A stretch of 63,501 bases of DNA from an uncultured Bacilli bacterium (lineage in GTDB: Bacteria > Bacillota_I > Bacilli_A > RF39 > UBA660). The notes below the pieces were generated by a model. The model did not search any database. It had not been told where the DNA came from and saw nothing but the letters and a program-made list of their open reading frames with translations. Of this stretch, positions 26,229-35,454 are shown one piece after another (the first letter of the stretch is position 1; every line of letters starts with the position of its first letter). The position numbers and the translations under genes were made by a program. The stretch is from positions 1 to 63,501 of the forward strand of contig CANROW010000002.1 of NCBI GenBank assembly GCA_947632345.1, written 5' to 3'.

Positions 26229-29042
26229 ATGAAAAAGAAGATAATTACATTGCTAGTTACTATAATATGTCTTTTTATTGGTAGCAATGTTTATGCAAAG
26301 ACTATTAGTAAAGATAGTTTAGGTAATTATGTAATATCATTGAGTTCTAATGAAAATATTCAAAGAGCGATAGATTCTATCGATTTAACAAATGATGAAA
26401 TTAAAAATGCTAATGGTATTATAATTGAGCTTGATGGTAATTTTCTAAATCAACAAATCAATATAAATTTGAATAAGAATATGACGATTAGAAGTAAAGA
26501 TTCTAATCGCAAAGCAAATTTAGGTGTTGGTAAGATTACTATTTCTGGAGCTGCAACTAATGTCACTCTTGAGAATTTATTATTCTTTGGAATGACTGGT
26601 AATATCCAACACGAATTCATTGTTGTTGATTCGTCTGTTGTTTTAACTATGAATAGTGTCGATGTCAGTTATGCCTCAAGACCGCCTGCTGGAGCCTCTG
26701 ATACGCATTTGATAACTTTGAAATTTACTGAAAATGCTGCAGGAACTAAGGCTTATATTTCTAATTCACAATTTGCTGGTATTTATAGAGCTGTAAGTAT
26801 GACTGGTTCTAACTATGATGTAACATTTGACAATACCATTTTGGCAGGAGATACTGTTCTTGCTTTGGCAAATGGTGATAATAACCATATCACAATTAAA
26901 AATGGATCAAATATTAATGTCGGTTCATCTTTCAGCAATAGTCCAAATATTGAAGGAATATCTATTAAAAGCCAAAAGAATCTAAAACTTGATATCATAG
27001 ATTCAACAGTTATAAATGATGATAAATCCAAATCAAACCATTTATTTTCATTTGATGATTCTAATAACCAAAATTGTCTTATAAGTATTATTGGAAAATC
27101 ATCTATTACTGACAACAATAATCAAGAAAATAGTAAAATATTTGATTTCGAAGAAGATATACCAGCTAATAGTAATAAAATTGTTGTTACTAAAGATGTA
27201 GCTATAACGCCAAATAATGTTGGTGAAAAATATGCTTCATCAGGTAATAATTATGTAGTTGGTATCCATGATGAAGAGGGAAATACTACTATTAAAATTT
27301 ATAATGGTAAAATACCTGCAGAAGATTTAGAGCTTAAGCCTTCAAGCAATGTTTTTAGAGGATGGTATAAAAATAAAAATTTTGCAGAAGTCGATAAATT
27401 TATAACTTCTGAATCTGTTACTGAAAATATGGATTTATATCCTAAATATGTGCATTCAGTTACTATTACAATTAATGGATTAGATCAAGAATTTACTTTG
27501 CTTTCTGATGAAACTTTAGAAATATTAGAAAGTAGATATAAAAATGCGCTTCAAGACATTTTAGGCCCAGTCAACAAGAATTTCAGCCATTTTGAGAATG
27601 AAGAAGGGCAAAAGATTACAAACGATTATATCTTTACAGAGGATGCCAAATTAACACCTATTTATACTATAACAGTTACATTTCAGGGAGAAGAATTTAC
27701 TTTGGGTGAAGGCAAAACTTTAAGTGATTTAACTGCCAGTGATAAGGAAAGATTTGAGGCTGTTGTTAAGAGCGAAGGTAAAATTTTTGATCATTTTGTC
27801 TTAAAAGGAACTAATACTTTCGTTGATAATAGTTATACTTTTAATGAAAATGTTGAGTTGGAAGCTAAGTATAATGTTACAATAACTATTGGTGATGTCA
27901 TTTTGACGTTACCATCAGGAAAAACAATTGCTGATTTATCTGCCGAAGATCAAACTAAATTGATGCAAATAATGAATATTAGTAATAAAACATTTGTCGG
28001 ATTTAAATATAGCGATGAGCAAATGATGACTAAAGACGAATTGTTAAGATATGTCTTTAATACAAGTATGGAATTAACACCTATGTATAGTGTAAATATT
28101 AAAATTGGGGATTTAATTCTTACTTTATCTGAAGGAAAGTCTTTAAATGATTTAACCAATGAACAAAAGTCAGCAATTCAAACCATAATAAAAAATTCTC
28201 ATAAAACTTTCAAAAATTATCAAATTATAAATGGTGAAGTTATTGATGATGATTATAAATTTTATGGTGATACCGAAATCGTCATTAACTATCAAATAAC
28301 CATTACAGTAGATAATGAAACATTTACAATTGAGGATAATGGTATTTTATCCAGTCTATCTAAAGAAGATAGTGAAAGATTAGATAGATTAGTTAGAAAG
28401 TCTGATAAAGAATTTAAAATATTTAAAGATAGTACTAATAAGTTAGTTGATGATGATTATATTTTCACTTATGATACAACATTAACTGCTATTTATGAAA
28501 TCATTATAAAAATAGGCGAAGAAGAGTTTAAAATTGATGAGGGAAAGACTTTAAACGATTTAACTGCTAATGGGGTAGAAGCATTAGTTAAACTAAAAGA
28601 AAGTGAATTTAAAATATTTAACAGTTTCATAGATGAATTAGGAAATACAATCGAATTAAACACACAATTAACCAAAAATACTACAATAATTGCTGAATTT
28701 AATATTGTTATCTCTATAAAGGATGAAGAATTTATCATTAGTGAAAAAGGATGTTTAAATGACTTATCAGATAGTGATAAAGAAAAATTACAAAGTCTTA
28801 TTAAGCCACAAGAAAATCAAGAATTTGCTCATTACATAAACGTAGAAACTGGAGAGATTGTTAATTTCAATACTAAATTTAGTAAAAATACTCAATTGGA
28901 AATAATATATAAAGCTAAAGAAAAAGATAAACCTATCGAAGTACCTAAAACTTACGATAATGTACAGGTGTACATTATTATGTCTGTAATTAGTTTACTT
29001 GTTTCATTAGAATGTATATATTTAGTTAAAAAAGGATATTAA
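26229..29042 (+). CDS. Large surface protein: signal peptide, beta-helix-like N-domain, seven repeats of about 69 aa, C-terminal TM anchor
   Basis: Signal peptide MKKKIITLLVTIICLFIGSNVYA. The N-terminal 400 aa are rich in short N/S/T/G-containing strands resembling pectate-lyase-type beta-helices. Seven repeats of type (I/V)T(I/V)xIGxxxFTLxEGKTLxDL(T/S)xxxKxxL follow. The C-terminal TM helix VYIIMSVISLLVSLECIYLV has no LPXTG. Confidence 0.8.
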   Translation: MKKKIITLLVTIICLFIGSNVYAKTISKDSLGNYVISLSSNENIQRAIDSIDLTNDEIKNANGIIIELDGNFLNQQININLNKNMTIRSKDSNRKANLGVGKITISGAATNVTLENLLFFGMTGNIQHEFIVVDSSVVLTMNSVDVSYASRPPAGASDTHLITLKFTENAAGTKAYISNSQFAGIYRAVSMTGSNYDVTFDNTILAGDTVLALANGDNNHITIKNGSNINVGSSFSNSPNIEGISIKSQKNLKLDIIDSTVINDDKSKSNHLFSFDDSNNQNCLISIIGKSSITDNNNQENSKIFDFEEDIPANSNKIVVTKDVAITPNNVGEKYASSGNNYVVGIHDEEGNTTIKIYNGKIPAEDLELKPSSNVFRGWYKNKNFAEVDKFITSESVTENMDLYPKYVHSVTITINGLDQEFTLLSDETLEILESRYKNALQDILGPVNKNFSHFENEEGQKITNDYIFTEDAKLTPIYTITVTFQGEEFTLGEGKTLSDLTASDKERFEAVVKSEGKIFDHFVLKGTNTFVDNSYTFNENVELEAKYNVTITIGDVILTLPSGKTIADLSAEDQTKLMQIMNISNKTFVGFKYSDEQMMTKDELLRYVFNTSMELTPMYSVNIKIGDLILTLSEGKSLNDLTNEQKSAIQTIIKNSHKTFKNYQIINGEVIDDDYKFYGDTEIVINYQITITVDNETFTIEDNGILSSLSKEDSERLDRLVRKSDKEFKIFKDSTNKLVDDDYIFTYDTTLTAIYEIIIKIGEEEFKIDEGKTLNDLTANGVEALVKLKESEFKIFNSFIDELGNTIELNTQLTKNTTIIAEFNIVISIKDEEFIISEKGCLNDLSDSDKEKLQSLIKPQENQEFAHYINVETGEIVNFNTKFSKNTQLEIIYKAKEKDKPIEVPKTYDNVQVYIIMSVISLLVSLECIYLVKKGY
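27457..28916 (+). repeat. Seven tandem, diverged coding repeats of about 207 nt (about 69 aa) inside the surface-protein gene
   Basis: Repeat units begin at VTITINGLDQEF, ITVTFQGEEF, VTITIGDVIL, VNIKIGDLIL, ITITVDNETF, IIIKIGEEEF and IVISIKDEEF. Confidence 0.8.
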
Positions 29043-29047
29043 GTTAT

Positions 29048-29079
29048 AAAAATATTTCAGAAATGAAATATTTTTGTTT
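29048..29079 (+). terminator. Rho-independent terminator of the surface-protein gene
   Basis: AAAAATATTTCA-gaaa-TGAAATATTTTT forms a 12-bp stem with a T-tail. Confidence 0.6.
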
Positions 29080-29355
29080 GTCAACATCTACAAACGATGT
29101 TAGGTAGATATTTAAAAAAAGTCTATATTTAAATAATTTTATTAGGACAAATTTGATAAATGATAAATTAGATTAAAGCAAGAAGAAATTCTTGCTTTTT
29201 ATGTTATAATTAATGAGAAAGGTCATTTGTTTGAGAGTGGTAATAAAAGTATTTGAAAATTGGCTACTTGAAAATTTTATTAAAAGAAAACTACTATACA
29301 AGTTTATTACGCAATTGACATATTGTATTAATCAAAAGGAAAGGAAGAGTAGTAT

Positions 29356-30693
29356 ATGGAACAGTCATCATTATTTGATACGCCTATGAGTGAACCATTA
29401 GCTTCGCGGATGCGACCAGGAACTTTAGATGAATTTGTTGGTCAAAAACATTTGATTGGCGATAATAAAATTTTACGAAAAATGATTGAAAGTGATAATA
29501 TTTCTTCAATGATATTTTGGGGACCTCCTGGTGTTGGAAAGACGACTTTAGCTAGTATTATAGCTAAATGTACTAAATCAGAATTTATTACTTTTTCTGC
29601 CGTAACTTCAGGCATCAAAGAAATAAAAAAAGTTATGGAGGACGCTGATAGTAACAAACGATTAGGAATTAGAACTATTTTATTTGTAGATGAGATTCAT
29701 CGCTTTAATAAAGCTCAACAAGATGCATTTTTACCATTTGTTGAAAAAGGATCAATTGTTTTAATTGGTGCAACAACTGAAAATCCTTCTTTTGAAGTTA
29801 ATAATGCCTTGCTTTCAAGATGTCGAGTATTTGTCTTAAAGGAATTAGCAAGAGAAGATCTTTTAACGTTATTAAAAAAAGCCCTTGTCGATGAGAGAGG
29901 TTTTGGAAAAGAAAACATATCCATATCCGATGACAATTTAAATATAATTGCGGCATTTGCCAATGGTGATGCTAGAGTCGCTTTAACGACACTGGATATG
30001 CTTGTTATCAATGGTAATACAAAAGAAGATGGAACCATAGAGATTTCAAAAGATATAATTGAAGAATGTTTGACGAAAAAGACGTTATTATATGACAAAG
30101 ATGGTGAAGAACATTACAACATTATTTCAGCACTCCATAAGTCAATGAGAAATAGTGACCCAGATGCAGCTGTTTATTGGCTTTCAAGAATGCTAGAAGC
30201 AGGTGAAGATCCCATTTATATAGCAAGAAGAATTACAAGATTTGCGGCTGAAGATATAGGACTAGCTGATACCAATGCTTTAAATGTGGCTATAAATGTA
30301 TATCATGCTTGTCATTTCATTGGAATGCCGGAGTGTAATGTTCATTTAGCTGAAGCCGTTATTTATATGTCATTAGCGCCTAAATCAAACGCCTGTGATG
30401 TCGCTTATCGAATGGCTAGTTCAGATGCTAAGAAGATGTTAGCTGAACCAGTTCCTCTCGTTATTCGAAATGCTCCTACTAAATTGATGAAAGAACTCAA
30501 TTATGGTAAAGGTTATCAATTTGCCCACGATAGTGAAGATAAGTTAACAACAATGGATTGTTTACCAGAATCATTAATTGGAAAAGTCTATTATAATCCT
30601 GGTAATCAGGGTAATGAAATTCGTTTTAAAGAGCGTTTAGAACAAATAAAGAAATGGAAAACTATTCACAAAGAAAAGTCCGAAAACAATTAA
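29356..30693 (+). CDS. rarA: Replication-associated recombination protein A (RarA/MgsA AAA+ ATPase), paralog 1
   Basis: Motifs LASRMRPGTLDEFVGQKHL, Walker A GPPGVGKTT, FVDEIHRFNKAQQDAFLP, ATTENPSFEVNNALLSRC, and the C-terminal MgsA domain DGEEHYNIISALHKSMRNSDPDAAVYW. Confidence 0.9.
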   Translation: MEQSSLFDTPMSEPLASRMRPGTLDEFVGQKHLIGDNKILRKMIESDNISSMIFWGPPGVGKTTLASIIAKCTKSEFITFSAVTSGIKEIKKVMEDADSNKRLGIRTILFVDEIHRFNKAQQDAFLPFVEKGSIVLIGATTENPSFEVNNALLSRCRVFVLKELAREDLLTLLKKALVDERGFGKENISISDDNLNIIAAFANGDARVALTTLDMLVINGNTKEDGTIEISKDIIEECLTKKTLLYDKDGEEHYNIISALHKSMRNSDPDAAVYWLSRMLEAGEDPIYIARRITRFAAEDIGLADTNALNVAINVYHACHFIGMPECNVHLAEAVIYMSLAPKSNACDVAYRMASSDAKKMLAEPVPLVIRNAPTKLMKELNYGKGYQFAHDSEDKLTTMDCLPESLIGKVYYNPGNQGNEIRFKERLEQIKKWKTIHKEKSENN

Positions 30694-30811
30694 TAAATAG
30701 ATAGAGAGATCTAGTATAATTAATATTAAAATGATATGATAAGCATCATACTACTAGCAGATCTCCAATATTTTGTTGTGAAGATTAGTTAAAAAGGAGT
30801 AAAAGAAAAGT

Positions 30812-31246
30812 ATGTTACAACTAATTTCGAATAGTGATGAAGAATATTATGCTCATTTATATAAATTAATTGATTCTATTGCCAATATTAATCCTAATTA
30901 TAATTGGTTAATAACAGATTTTGAAGCATATCCCCAAACTAAACGCTATCAAACATTAATTTTGAAAAATAAATATTTAATACTGAGTACAGAAAAGTTA
31001 ATTGAAATGTTAAAACAGGATAATTTTCAGTGGATTTGGGGAATTTTTTCAGCCATTCCAAATAGATTTAGTGAAAAAGAAATACTAGATTATGTTTTAC
31101 CAAGTTTAGAAGGGAAAAATCAATCATTCATTAAACATCCTTTAGCGGAATTAGAAATTGGGGTTGTCGATTCTTCTAGTCTATACATAATTTCTAATAA
31201 TGAATATATTGAAGTATTTAAAAGATTATATCCCAAAGCAGAATAA
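30812..31246 (+). CDS. Hypothetical protein
   Basis: 144-aa ORF with SD sequence AAAGGAG upstream. No motif was recognised. Confidence 0.55.
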   Translation: MLQLISNSDEEYYAHLYKLIDSIANINPNYNWLITDFEAYPQTKRYQTLILKNKYLILSTEKLIEMLKQDNFQWIWGIFSAIPNRFSEKEILDYVLPSLEGKNQSFIKHPLAELEIGVVDSSSLYIISNNEYIEVFKRLYPKAE

Positions 31247-31318
31247 AATATAGATATGAAAGTTAAAGAATAAGAAATTTATTGAATAAAACACCTATAA
31301 AAAGCTAGTATTTGAAGA

Positions 31319-31672
31319 ATGTCTAAGAAAAAAATAAGAGAAAGTTTGGAAAATTTTATGGATAAATATATAATTGTAACAACGCTATGTGATAAAGAGG
31401 CCATAGCAAATCAGATAATTGATACATTACTTGAAAAAAAATTGGTAGCTGGAAGTCAGCTTAGTAAAGTTAGTTCTAAGTATTGGTGGAATAATGAATT
31501 AGAAGAGTGTAGCGAATATAAATTAGAGTTTAGAACAAAAGAAAGAAAATTTACTACAATTGAGAATGAAATAAAGAAAATCCATGATTATGATGTTGCT
31601 GAAATTTCAAGCTGTGAAATCAAAACAGCCAGTAAAGAATTTTTAAATTGGATAGATGAAAATGTAAAATAA
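31319..31672 (+). CDS. cutA: Divalent-cation tolerance protein CutA
   Basis: 117 aa. CutA1 pattern IIVTTLCDKEAIANQI...LVAGSQ...YWWNNELEE..EYKLEFRT...I.KIHDYDVAEI. Confidence 0.7.
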   Translation: MSKKKIRESLENFMDKYIIVTTLCDKEAIANQIIDTLLEKKLVAGSQLSKVSSKYWWNNELEECSEYKLEFRTKERKFTTIENEIKKIHDYDVAEISSCEIKTASKEFLNWIDENVK

Positions 31673-31688
31673 AAATAAGTAATTTAAA

Positions 31689-31731
31689 ATGGATAATAGA
31701 CAAAATCGACAAACATCAACTGAAATATCAG
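31689..31731 (+). repeat. Decayed duplicate of the rbgA 5' end (direct repeat of 33103-33145)
   Basis: ATGGATAATAGACAAAATC matches ATGGACAATCGACAAAATC at the rbgA start in 17 of 19 positions. Both encode MDNRQN. Weaker similarity continues for about 25 nt more (..AAACAT.AA..TG..TATC(C)AG). Confidence 0.45.
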
Positions 31732-31814
31732 TTTAAATGTAAAAATACTTGCATGTCTTTATAAAATAAGTTTTTACATATTTAAGAAAAATCATAGATA
31801 TTGGAGATGAGGTA

Positions 31815-32801
31815 ATGAATAAAACAGAAGAACAAAATAATGTATTGGTATATAAAAATAGAAATGCTAATATGCTAGAAAAAATAAAATCTTCATGTTA
31901 TTATGTTTCTAAAAATAGTAGATATGTATCGATTGATTATGAAAAATTAGATGAATATATTAAGACAATTGACCTCCAAAAAATTAAATTTTGGTTGAGT
32001 AGTAATCCATATGATTTATTTGATATGAAAATTGATAAAATAATTAATTTTATGTTGCTATTTGATTCAATAAATTATTGTTTTTGGGGCCAACCTAAGT
32101 GGACTATAAATACTATAGAAGGTGAAAAGGATGGTTCAGATGCCTTATTATATGCTTTATTAAAATATGTAAAAGAAATGGATAAAATTGATTTTACTAA
32201 GGTCTCTTTTGAAGAATTCTCTAATGTATTAAAAGGTAATGTTGATATTCCCTTTTTACAAGAAAGATATAATACTGTTGTAGCAATATGTAATGTAGTT
32301 AATGACAAAATGAATGGTAATTTTTATAATTATATTAAAGATATTAATAAAGATACGGAATTATTTAATATTATTATTAGTAATTTTAGAGACTTTTGTG
32401 ATGAAAGAGACTACGATGGTAAAAAAATATATTTTTATAAATTGGCTCAATTATTAACTTCCGATATTTTACACATAAAAGAATTAATTAATGGTATAAA
32501 AGTTGATTATAGTAATTTAGTAGGATGTGCTGATTACAAAATCCCACAAACATTAAGAGCGTTAGGAATACTGAAGTTTAATAATGGATTATCAAATATT
32601 ATTGATAATAGACAAATCATATCTGAAAATTCTAAATATGAAGTTGAAATAAGAGCTAATACAATAACTGTTATTAATTATATTAATTCAAAACTAGAAA
32701 ATTGTTGTTCTATTGATATAAATGATTATTTGTTTGTATCTTCTAAAGAAGTTAAAACAATTGCTAGACCATATCATTTATGCAAAAATAAAAATTATTA
32801 A
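31815..32801 (+). CDS. Queuosine salvage protein (DUF2419 / Qng1-like queuosine 5'-phosphate N-glycosylase/hydrolase)
   Basis: 328 aa. The motifs SINYCFWGQPKW and CADYKIPQTLRALGIL match the DUF2419 signature as I remember it. Confidence 0.6.
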   Translation: MNKTEEQNNVLVYKNRNANMLEKIKSSCYYVSKNSRYVSIDYEKLDEYIKTIDLQKIKFWLSSNPYDLFDMKIDKIINFMLLFDSINYCFWGQPKWTINTIEGEKDGSDALLYALLKYVKEMDKIDFTKVSFEEFSNVLKGNVDIPFLQERYNTVVAICNVVNDKMNGNFYNYIKDINKDTELFNIIISNFRDFCDERDYDGKKIYFYKLAQLLTSDILHIKELINGIKVDYSNLVGCADYKIPQTLRALGILKFNNGLSNIIDNRQIISENSKYEVEIRANTITVINYINSKLENCCSIDINDYLFVSSKEVKTIARPYHLCKNKNY

Positions 32802-32890
32802 AAAAATAGATTTAATCGTATTAAATAAAAAATATTTTAAGGAGTGATTTTATAGAAAAAGATAATTTCGACCTTAAACCCTTAATAAAA

Positions 32891-33088
32891 ATGAGAAAGT
32901 TGGTGGTATTTTTGAATGGTAAATTGGAAACTATTTCAAATCTTTTTGAAGGTAAAGAAATAAGAAGTATATGAAAGAGTGAGAAAGAAGAATATTACTT
33001 TAGTGTTGTTGATGATATAAATGCATTAACAGAAAGTAAAATACCAAAACGATATTGGACTAATTTAAAAAGAAAATTAAAAAAATAA
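32891..33088 (+). pseudogene. Remnant of a Bro-N / DinD-like (antirepressor-type) gene with an in-frame TGA and truncation
   Basis: The reading is ...LFEGKEIRSI*KSEKEEYYFSVVDDINALTESKIPKRYWTNLKRKLKK. It matches the widespread N-terminal motif FEGK.IR..Wd.EkEe.yFSvvDv...L......YW..LK.kL. A TGA at 32972-32974 replaces the conserved Trp codon. The ORF ends after about 65 codons, whereas intact family members are 200 aa or longer. Confidence 0.6.
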
Positions 33089-33102
33089 AGGAAGTGATAA
33101 TA

Positions 33103-33996
33103 ATGGACAATCGACAAAATCAGGTAAACATAAATTGGTATCCAGGTCATATGGCTAAAACCAAAAAAGAAATAAGTGAAATGATTAATTTAATTGATAT
33201 CATTTATGAAGTTGTAGACAGTCGTATGCCTCTTAGTAGTAAGATTGTTGATATTGATGAATTGATTAAAAATAAGCCACGAATTATTATTTTTACTAAA
33301 TATGATTTATGTGACGAAAAAGAAACAGATAAGTTTGTTTCATATTATGAGAGTTTAGGTTTTAAAGTTATTTGTTGTGATTTGATCAATAATAAAAATG
33401 TAATTAATAAAATTCTTTTAGAGAGTAATGCTATTTTAAAAGATATGAATGCTAAGAGAATCGCTAAAGGAATGAAGCCTCGCAGTATTAGAGCTTTAGT
33501 AATTGGCGTTCCTAATGTCGGTAAATCAACACTTATCAATCGTTTAGTTGGAAGAAAAGCGGCTAATATTGGTGATAAACCTGGTGTTACTAAAACGTTA
33601 AGTTGGATTAGAATTAACAAAGATATTGAGCTTCTTGATTCTCCTGGTATTTTATGGCCTAAGATTGAAAATCAAAAACATGCTTATAATTTAGCTTCTC
33701 TTTCTTCAATCAAAGAAGAGATAGTTGATAATGAAGCTTTGAGCATTCATATTTTAAAAACAATGTATGATTTATACCCTGAGAGATTGAAAGAACGTTA
33801 TGGAATAGAAAATATTGATCTTGATGATATCGTCCCAACTTTAGATATCATTGCTACCAAAAGAGGAGCTTTATTAAAGGGGGGCGAAAAAGACTATGAC
33901 AAAGTTTATTCAATCATTATTAGAGATTTAAAAGACGGTCTATTAGGTAAGATTACTTTTGATCGTATTGACGAAATTAATCATTCTTCTGTTTAA
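33103..33996 (+). CDS. rbgA: Ribosome biogenesis GTPase A (RbgA/YlqF)
   Basis: Motif INWYPGHMAKT and circularly permuted GTPase motifs (TKYDL...GVPNVGKSTLINRL...DSPGILWP). ATG 33103 follows AAGGAAG. Confidence 0.9.
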   Translation: MDNRQNQVNINWYPGHMAKTKKEISEMINLIDIIYEVVDSRMPLSSKIVDIDELIKNKPRIIIFTKYDLCDEKETDKFVSYYESLGFKVICCDLINNKNVINKILLESNAILKDMNAKRIAKGMKPRSIRALVIGVPNVGKSTLINRLVGRKAANIGDKPGVTKTLSWIRINKDIELLDSPGILWPKIENQKHAYNLASLSSIKEEIVDNEALSIHILKTMYDLYPERLKERYGIENIDLDDIVPTLDIIATKRGALLKGGEKDYDKVYSIIIRDLKDGLLGKITFDRIDEINHSSV

Positions 33997-34012
33997 TAGA
34001 AAAGGTGTTGTT

Positions 34013-34732
34013 ATGAATCAATTTGTAAGAAGTGAATTATTACTTGGAAAAGAAAATATGGAACGCTTAAAGAAAGCAAAGATTGCTGTTTTTGGCATAG
34101 GAGGAGTGGGGTCCTATGTTTGTGAAGCTCTTATTAGAACAGGGGTTATAAATTTTGTATTAATTGATAATGATGTCGTTGTAGAAAGCAATATTAATCG
34201 TCAAATTCATGCCACAACGAAAACAATTGGCCAAAGTAAAGTAGAAGTTATGAAAGAACGAATGCTTGATATAAATCCAGATGCCAATATAGAAATATTT
34301 CAAGAGTTCTATTTACCAACTCAACATTCGAATATCATAGATAAATCCTTGGATTATATTGTTGATGCTATTGATACCGTCAGTGCCAAAATTGATATCA
34401 TTGTCGAAGCTAAAAAGTTGGAAATTCCCATTATTTCTGCTATGGGTACAGGTAACAAATTAGATCCAACGCAATTAGAAATAGCGGATATTTATCAAAC
34501 GGAGATGTGCCCACTTGCTCGAGTGATGCGCTATGAACTCAAAAAGCGAAATATTCCATCGTTAAAAGTTATTTATTCAAAAGAAAAGCCAATTAAAATA
34601 AGCGATTACTCTTGTGATGAAGGTAACACTAATAATTCGAAAAAAGTAATACCTGGATCCGTTTCATTTGTACCATCAGTGGCTGGATTAATTATTGCTA
34701 GTGAAGTTGTAAAAGATTTGATAAATACATAA
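34013..34732 (+). CDS. tcdA: tRNA threonylcarbamoyladenosine dehydratase TcdA (ThiF/E1-like)
   Basis: RSELLLGKENMERLKKAKIAVFGIGGVGSYVCEALIRTGV..FVLIDNDVV..SNINRQ is the ThiF-family Rossmann motif. Size and pattern fit TcdA/YgdL. Start was moved to ATG 34013. Confidence 0.8.
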   Translation: MNQFVRSELLLGKENMERLKKAKIAVFGIGGVGSYVCEALIRTGVINFVLIDNDVVVESNINRQIHATTKTIGQSKVEVMKERMLDINPDANIEIFQEFYLPTQHSNIIDKSLDYIVDAIDTVSAKIDIIVEAKKLEIPIISAMGTGNKLDPTQLEIADIYQTEMCPLARVMRYELKKRNIPSLKVIYSKEKPIKISDYSCDEGNTNNSKKVIPGSVSFVPSVAGLIIASEVVKDLINT

Positions 34733-34762
34733 AAACGAACACTCAAATTAGTGTCCGTTTTT
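34731..34762. terminator. Bidirectional terminator between tcdA and the convergent orphan operon
   Basis: ACGAACACT-caaatt-AGTGTCCGT forms a 9-bp stem with 1 mismatch. It is flanked by an A5 run and a T4 run. Confidence 0.55.
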
Positions 34763-34781
34763 GTTTTAAAACATTTTTTTA

Positions 34782-35360
34782 TTATTTTTTTTCATCTTTT
34801 TTAACCAATATTTTGGCAATAGCTTTTTCTTGTCCTTCATTAATTGCTGTTTCAAAGAATAGGTGTCGTATTTCATCATAATAATCATCAGCATTTTTAC
34901 CATTAGGATAGAGGACAATATTATTCTTTTCGAATTCATCGCATTCTTCTATGGATACTTTAAATGTTGAACCAATATTATTTTTTTCAATATCGGCATA
35001 TACTTTGTAGTCTGCAAATTGATCATCACTTTGAACTTCATAATCTACTTTGCCATATGGGCTGAAGGTTGGAAGAGGAATGCGATATGTTCCCATACAA
35101 ACGAATATATGATTGGAGTCAACAATTGTACTAGACCATTTGATTGCTAATTCTATTAATTGTTCATCATCTGCATCTTTTACATCATCATATAGTTGGG
35201 TATTGAAAGAATATATTTTTTCACTTAAGCGGAAAAATTCTTGGACTTCTGGTGTTTGTGCAAGTTCCTTTCTCCTTTTAATTGTACTCATCATTTCTTC
35301 TTGAGCATTTTTTAAAGATTCATAATTTTTTTTAATGCTTTCTAATTGTTTATTATTCAT
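34782..35360 (-). CDS. Hypothetical protein (192 aa), orphan operon gene 3
   Basis: ATG 35360 follows AGAGGGATAGT. It has an N-terminal coiled-coil and an acidic C-terminal half. No motif was recognised. Confidence 0.6.
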   Translation of the reverse strand: MNNKQLESIKKNYESLKNAQEEMMSTIKRRKELAQTPEVQEFFRLSEKIYSFNTQLYDDVKDADDEQLIELAIKWSSTIVDSNHIFVCMGTYRIPLPTFSPYGKVDYEVQSDDQFADYKVYADIEKNNIGSTFKVSIEECDEFEKNNIVLYPNGKNADDYYDEIRHLFFETAINEGQEKAIAKILVKKDEKK

Positions 35361-35454
35361 ACTATCCCTCTTACATAAGTATAACATAAATTGGTTAGCT
35401 GCTAACACAATAAAAATACATCGTCTAAAGAAACTTGCACATCGTGTGGTATAA

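Noticed and set aside
29080-29200. A second terminator-like hairpin (AAAGCAAGAA-gaaa-TTCTTGCTTT plus T-run, 29175-29200) about 95 nt after the surface-protein terminator. This suggested a small RNA gene.
   Set aside because: No convincing promoter lies between the two hairpins; the best candidate is TTGTCA with a poor -10. It may simply be a back-up terminator insulating rarA. It is worth checking only if RNA-seq data exist.
30706-30765. An imperfect long-range inverted repeat GAGATCTAGTA ... TACTAGCAGATCTC after rarA.
   Set aside because: The arms are short, with a bulge and a loop of about 36 nt. It is plausibly just part of the rarA terminator region, and there is no evidence for a mobile-element end or a known RNA motif.
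31673-31814. A possible preQ1 riboswitch upstream of the queuosine-salvage (DUF2419-like) gene.
   Set aside because: The only structure seen is an ATGTAAAAA/TTTTTACAT stem with a 25-nt loop. The compact C-rich hairpin plus A-rich tail of preQ1-I/II aptamers is not present. A covariance-model scan would be needed to revisit this.
32972-32974. An in-frame TGA at a conserved Trp position, which could hint at genetic code 4 (TGA=Trp, Mollicutes-like).
   Set aside because: Every well-recognised gene in the window (trmD, dnaK, dnaJ, mnmA, deoB and others) is full-length under the standard code. Several genes (rsmE, rimM, miaA) terminate with TGA exactly where the proteins should end. The simplest reading is a nonsense mutation in a pseudogene.
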